DNA of 64,000 nt from Octopus vulgaris. Lineage: Eukaryota. Position numbers and translations under genes: made by a program. The notes beneath the pieces were generated by a model. It saw only the letters and a program-made list of their open reading frames with translations, was not told the DNA's origin and made no database searches. The stretch spans positions 48,732,001 to 48,796,000 of the forward strand of contig OX597836.1 in NCBI GenBank assembly GCA_951406725.2, given 5' to 3'. Of this stretch, positions 59,379-64,000 are shown piece after piece. The stretch's first letter is position 1; each line of letters opens with the position of its first letter.

Positions 59379-59811
59379 TTGAAATAATCCTGATTTGAGA
59401 CACTTTTGCAGAAATCAACAGTAATTTTTAAAATATTTTTTGATGTATTAAAGTGGTTTTTCGTTCAGAATTTAAAGGGCAAAGGTTCTCATGGAACGTT
59501 GGCTCCAGAAGCACTCCTATTACAGGTAAGCACAGGTAAAAACCTGAATTATAAAGTGAAAATGTCTTTGAATATCACAGTCTAAAATTTATTAGCCAAA
59601 TATATTCTCTTGTAATACAATGTTCTGTATGCAAACCATATTTGATGGCTTAGAATTCGTGCTTTTTTCTTTTGAAGAAAATCGGTCCTTAAGACCAGTT
59701 ACCGTCTTATAAACACAAGGTCAGGACTTAGGCTTTTGTAATGTGATGGCTCAGATGTTAAGCCCTAGAAAATAAGCTGCAAATGTCTCCATTGCAAAAC
59801 TGTTTTTATTA

Positions 59812-60005
59812 CCGTATTTGATGCCATAAAAGATGCGCAGACATAACCATTCTAATTTCAGCAGCGCATATCCGGGTAGAGGGGGTGGATTTTAATGTAT
59901 TAAAGCTTGTGATATAGGCCCAAATCTCACATAAAGGACTCGGGATGATGTTTTTTAGGATTTTTTTGAGGGCGAAAAAAGTGTCTTATATGCGATAAAA
60001 TATGG
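59812..60005. mobile_element. Tc1/mariner-superfamily MITE
   Basis: TA-CCGTATTTGATGCCATAAAAGA / TCTTATATGCGATAAAATATGG-TA. Confidence 0.65.
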
Positions 60006-61422
60006 TAATATTTGTCAATGTAGCTTCATATAAAATATCAGCTGACAAAAATAAAACAACTTTAGTGACAACACTCGACCATTTCCATAAATGAATTTAC
60101 TGCCAGTCCAGTATCCAAAATGTATGTCTTCGTCAGTTCAGTGGGTCTCATCAATGGGAAACCAGCGATATTTAGGAACTTACAAGAGAATGATTACAAC
60201 TAAAAAAAGATGCTTCTCGTTCGTTTACTTTTGTTGATCAGAAGGAATTGATGTGATTAGGCGGTAGCCAACGATCATCGGGTATTTCGACCCTTCAACC
60301 ATGACACCCTTCCACTGGTGGCCACACCTTTACTAGCTTCCAGCATACACCCTCTCTCTCTCTCTGCTAACTCCATAACCACCAACAGTTCTTTCTGCTG
60401 TATCTCCCATCCTACTCACACCTACCTTTTTCTTTTCTTCGTATTCCAATGGCTCGAAGCATTCTCCATCCTGACTGGTCAGGGAATTCTCTATAGCCAA
60501 CTTCGAACGGGAATACCCTTGCCTGCAATCCCTTCTCTCTGTAATCCTGCAAAAAGCTCTGAGATTTGGTTTCTTTTCCCCACAAAACTATAACCTCGAT
60601 AAGAATATATAAATTAGAGTAAATATAATTTAGTATGATGCGATATTTGGCAAATAACTAAATTTAGAAAGTGATATTTAAACAAAATTCATATAACTTT
60701 ATACTTCGGATTTTACCTGTGTCTTACATGCCCTTACCTGTAATTAGAGGAGTTTTAAGACTAAAATTTCGCGATTTATAAATAGAAAAGTCTTCTGTTG
60801 TGTGTGAAACATTTCTTTATACATCAATAAATCGAAAAAATCCCGGTTGTTTTATATAACCAGTCTGTTTGTCAATTATTTTATTGTACAGTGAGATAGG
60901 GGTGGGGATGTATTTTAGTTGGAAGTAAAATAACGTAAGGGATCGGGTTTATAATTGGAAACGGGGGTTTCTAGGGGATCAGGATTCATGAAAATTTGAA
61001 AGGAGTCGAGAGTGGAATGGATGAGAAATATCAGGCGACTTTTTTTGTCTTCTTAAACATAGACCTGGCAAAAGCTGGGGCTCGTCTGGTAAACCTGTGA
61101 ACCTTTCATGCTGTTGAATATGAAAGTATAGCTTGTGTGTGTGTGTGTGTGTGTGTATTTTTGTATGTATGTATGTATATATGTATGTATGCATGTGTGC
61201 ATGTGTGTGTGCTTATATGTATTGTATTATATTACAATATCTTCATTGAAATCGAGTGAGACAAACAGACAGACAGGGTGAATGGGTGGAAGGGATGAGA
61301 TGAGGGAGATGAAGAGGTAATCCTCAGCACTTGTGGTAACTGTTTGCGCAAGAAAAGCGTAAAAAGAATAAAAAGAACTATAAAATATGAAACATAAAAG
61401 AAAAAAAAAAGAAAAAATACCG

Positions 61423-61622
61423 TTTAGGGTTTAGGGTTTATGATTAAAGTTACTAATTTTAGGGTTTAACGTCGAAGGGAAAAGTTTAGGATTAGGGTTA
61501 GAGTTAAAGATTTAAGGCTGGGGTTCGGATTAAAGTTATACGTTTGGGGTTAAGGATTTAAATTTAGGATTACGGCTCGTGCATATTATTTAAGTTTAGG
61601 TTTAAAAATATCAGGTTAGGTT
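61423..61622 (+). repeat. Degenerate TTAGGG-like repeats
   Basis: TTTAGGGTTTTAGGGTTT..TTAGGATTAGGGTTAGAG.. Confidence 0.7.
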
Positions 61623-61709
61623 AAAATAACAAAACCTTTTCGATCTGGAAATTAATTTTGTTTCAAACGGTCTTTTGTGTGTGTGTTTGTGAGTTTTCGT
61701 CTCTTCATT

Positions 61710-62080
61710 AAAACCAATGTAGATTTCTAGCCTTTTTCTCTTTCAAATCGGGTATCAACTGCAGAGGCACCCACTTTGCACACACTTCTGTAAAGCATCG
61801 CGCGACTACAGTCCAACCGTGCCACAATCTCACGAATGTCCGCGCGAATCGCTTCGTCCAGTCATTAGCGTTTCGTGTCAGTGGTCGCAGCGGAAGGTTT
61901 TCCCACAGCATGGTCAGTGGTCAGCGCTGTTTTTCCTTTCTTTAAACTTCTTTCATCTGTTCATATTTTTTTGTCTGTGGTATTCTCTCCGTAAACAACC
62001 TTCAGCCTTCTTTGCACCCCTCCTTCATCAATCACTCCATTACAGTGCGTCGCTTCTGCTTGCAAACCATTGCTTAACTG
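61710..62080 (-). mobile_element. Mariner N-terminal transposase remnant
   Basis: RRLKVVYGE (HTH), GKPSAATTD, CAKWVPLQL (WVPxxL motif). Confidence 0.7.
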
Positions 62081-62470
62081 AACAAGAAGAACAAGAAGAA
62101 AAGCAACTGAAGACGAGATGTCACTCTACCCGCAAATGTGTAGTTTGAGCAATGCGTCAATTAATAATGAAAAAAGGTGATGCCTCGCTCGTCTTGTCAG
62201 GACAAGTAAGATAATCAAATTATATTTAACGCTGGAAAATTGATGAAGTTACCTCCCTTGACACACTAAAAAAACCAGCCGAGGATGTTTTTCTGCGAGT
62301 TTTCTTCATGAAATTCTTCTTGTTGCTGGTTGACATCATATTTCTTACTGGTTCCAGTGGCAGAAATAACGGAGTCGGGGACAAAACACCTGACAGTATT
62401 TAATTCCATTTCTTTAACTACTGAGTTCAAATCTCACCCGAGTCGATGTTGCCTTCTATCTCACCACTTA

Positions 62471-62851
62471 TCTCTCTATATATAAAGCTGAAGTTGTCTG
62501 TGTATGGCAGGTTTGGAAGCCTTCAACTAACACTATCTCCTCCAAGACTCTGCGGCTCAAGTTGACCAAAATTGAGAGTATGATAGAAGAAGGCTTGCAC
62601 TTCCTTCCGTAGAAGAAAAAGTTCAAATCGGACCATGTTAACACCAAAAATTATTTACATCAAAAAGGTGCTTTTTTTCTATGAAAATTCCTATTTTTTA
62701 CGATTTTTTGTCTGCTGTGTCGCAATTTTTCGGTGTATTTCAACCAGAAAAATGTTCACTTAAAGAGAATAACAAGCTACATAATGCAAAATTTTTACTT
62801 TTCAAAAATTCCAATTCTAAAGGGTCGAAACAAACCGGGCGATACTGATAG
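62471..62851 (+). mobile_element. Short non-autonomous Helitron
   Basis: A|TCTCTCTATATATAAAGCTGAAGTTGTCTG 5' end; 3' CCGGGCGATACTGATAG|T (variant of CTAG), AT target. Confidence 0.75.
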
Positions 62852-63419
62852 TTTTATATAAATTAGTTGTTGTTTAGAAACGAGCCAGTCTCGATCATGT
62901 CTGGAGAAAAATACTTGTCTCGATCGATTCGTTTGGATAAAAGTGTGTGTCGTTGCTTGAACCAAAACTCACAGCGATTGCAGGACACAACACTGACAAT
63001 GTGACCAAGTATTGCATCTGGACATGATAATTATAGTACAGGCACAGGTCAACTCCGAACGATCGGGGCCTCAATCCAGCCATGACCATCCCGTCTTTTA
63101 TTCCACCTGCAGGAAACACAGAGCTACTTTGTCCAAAATATCCTTTTCTAAGAATATGGGGTCTGATTTGAGGAAATTTAGTTGCTGTTTCTAGTAGATC
63201 GGGTGACTAGATATTTTACAGGGGAACAAGAGAAGGAATTTTAAGAGATGAAGTTTAATTAAGGGAACCGAAGAGTGTAACTGGGATTTTCTCTTTAACA
63301 ACCCCACGGGGAATGAAACCTCAACCCCTCTCCCGACTGGTTTTGATCCTGCATCATAAATGGGAGACGACCAAAGGCTTCAAGACATTCGATCCGGCGC
63401 TCAACTGATTATGTGCATC

Positions 63420-63586
63420 TTCTATCCTTTACTTGTTTCAGTCATTAGACTGCGGCCATGCTGGAGCACCGCCTTGAAGAATTTTCTAGTCGAACGTATT
63501 GACCCAAGCACTAATTTTTTTTTAAAACCTGGAGCTTATTCTATCGGTGTCTTTTGTCGAACCGCTAGTTTACGGCGACGTAAACA
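63420..63586 (-). mobile_element. SINE family B 3' half
   Basis: TTTCAGTCATTAGACTGCGGCCATGCTGGAGCACCGCC. Confidence 0.85.
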
Positions 63587-64000
63587 CATGTGTCGCGCAC
63601 GCGCTTATGTATGTATGTATGTATGTATGTATGTATGTATGTATGTATGTGTGTATTTATGTATGTGTGTGTGTGTATGTATGTGTGTATTTATGTATGT
63701 ATGTATGTATGTATGTATGTATGTATGTGTGTATTTATGTATGTATGTATGTATGTATGTATGTGTGTATTTATGTATGTATGTATGTATGTATGTGTGT
63801 ATTTATGTATGTATGTATGTATGTATGTATGTATGATGTATGTATGTATGTATGTATGTGTGTATTTATGTATGTATGTATGTATGTATGTATGTATGTA
63901 TGTATGATGTGTGTATGTGTGTATTTATGTATGTATGTATGTATGTATGTATGTATGTATGTATGTATGTATGTATGTATGTGTGTGTGTGTATGTATGT

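Noticed and set aside
60979-61110. Possible minus-strand exon after TTCAACAG
   Set aside because: No recognisable protein features or partner exon; insufficient support
61423-61622. True telomere or chromosome fusion site
   Set aside because: Short, degenerate and single orientation

Overview
Eukaryotic, AT-rich, microsatellite-saturated DNA with no intact protein-coding gene. The repeat repertoire (tRNA-derived SINEs with internal microsatellites, Tx1/L1, RTE, R4/Dong and Penelope-like retroelements, Tc1/mariner, pogo, hAT, Helitron) resembles an octopus/cephalopod genome (inference from recall, not verified). Nearly all ORFs in the supplied track are microsatellite artefacts or decayed transposon fragments. 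The most notable signal is a set of short elements embedded in (TA)n runs that carry type I hammerhead ribozyme motifs. One has an intact core (40553-40643) and one lies downstream of a GIY-YIG endonuclease remnant (43892-43947). A terminus related to the 40.4-40.8 kb unit forms a perfect palindrome (37077-37244), and a second, unrelated palindrome sits at 22309-22566. Together these suggest Penelope-like elements and retrozyme-like derivatives that favour (TA)n. Other points: a gag-like ORF1 joined to an RTE 3' end, a ~4.9 kb Helitron with possible captured Cys-rich exons, three co-oriented R4/Dong remnants in (TAA)n, a Tx1 LINE sharing its 3' tail with a SINE, and a three-level nested insertion with an intact TSD. 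Coordinates were read by eye; boundaries of decayed elements are approximate.
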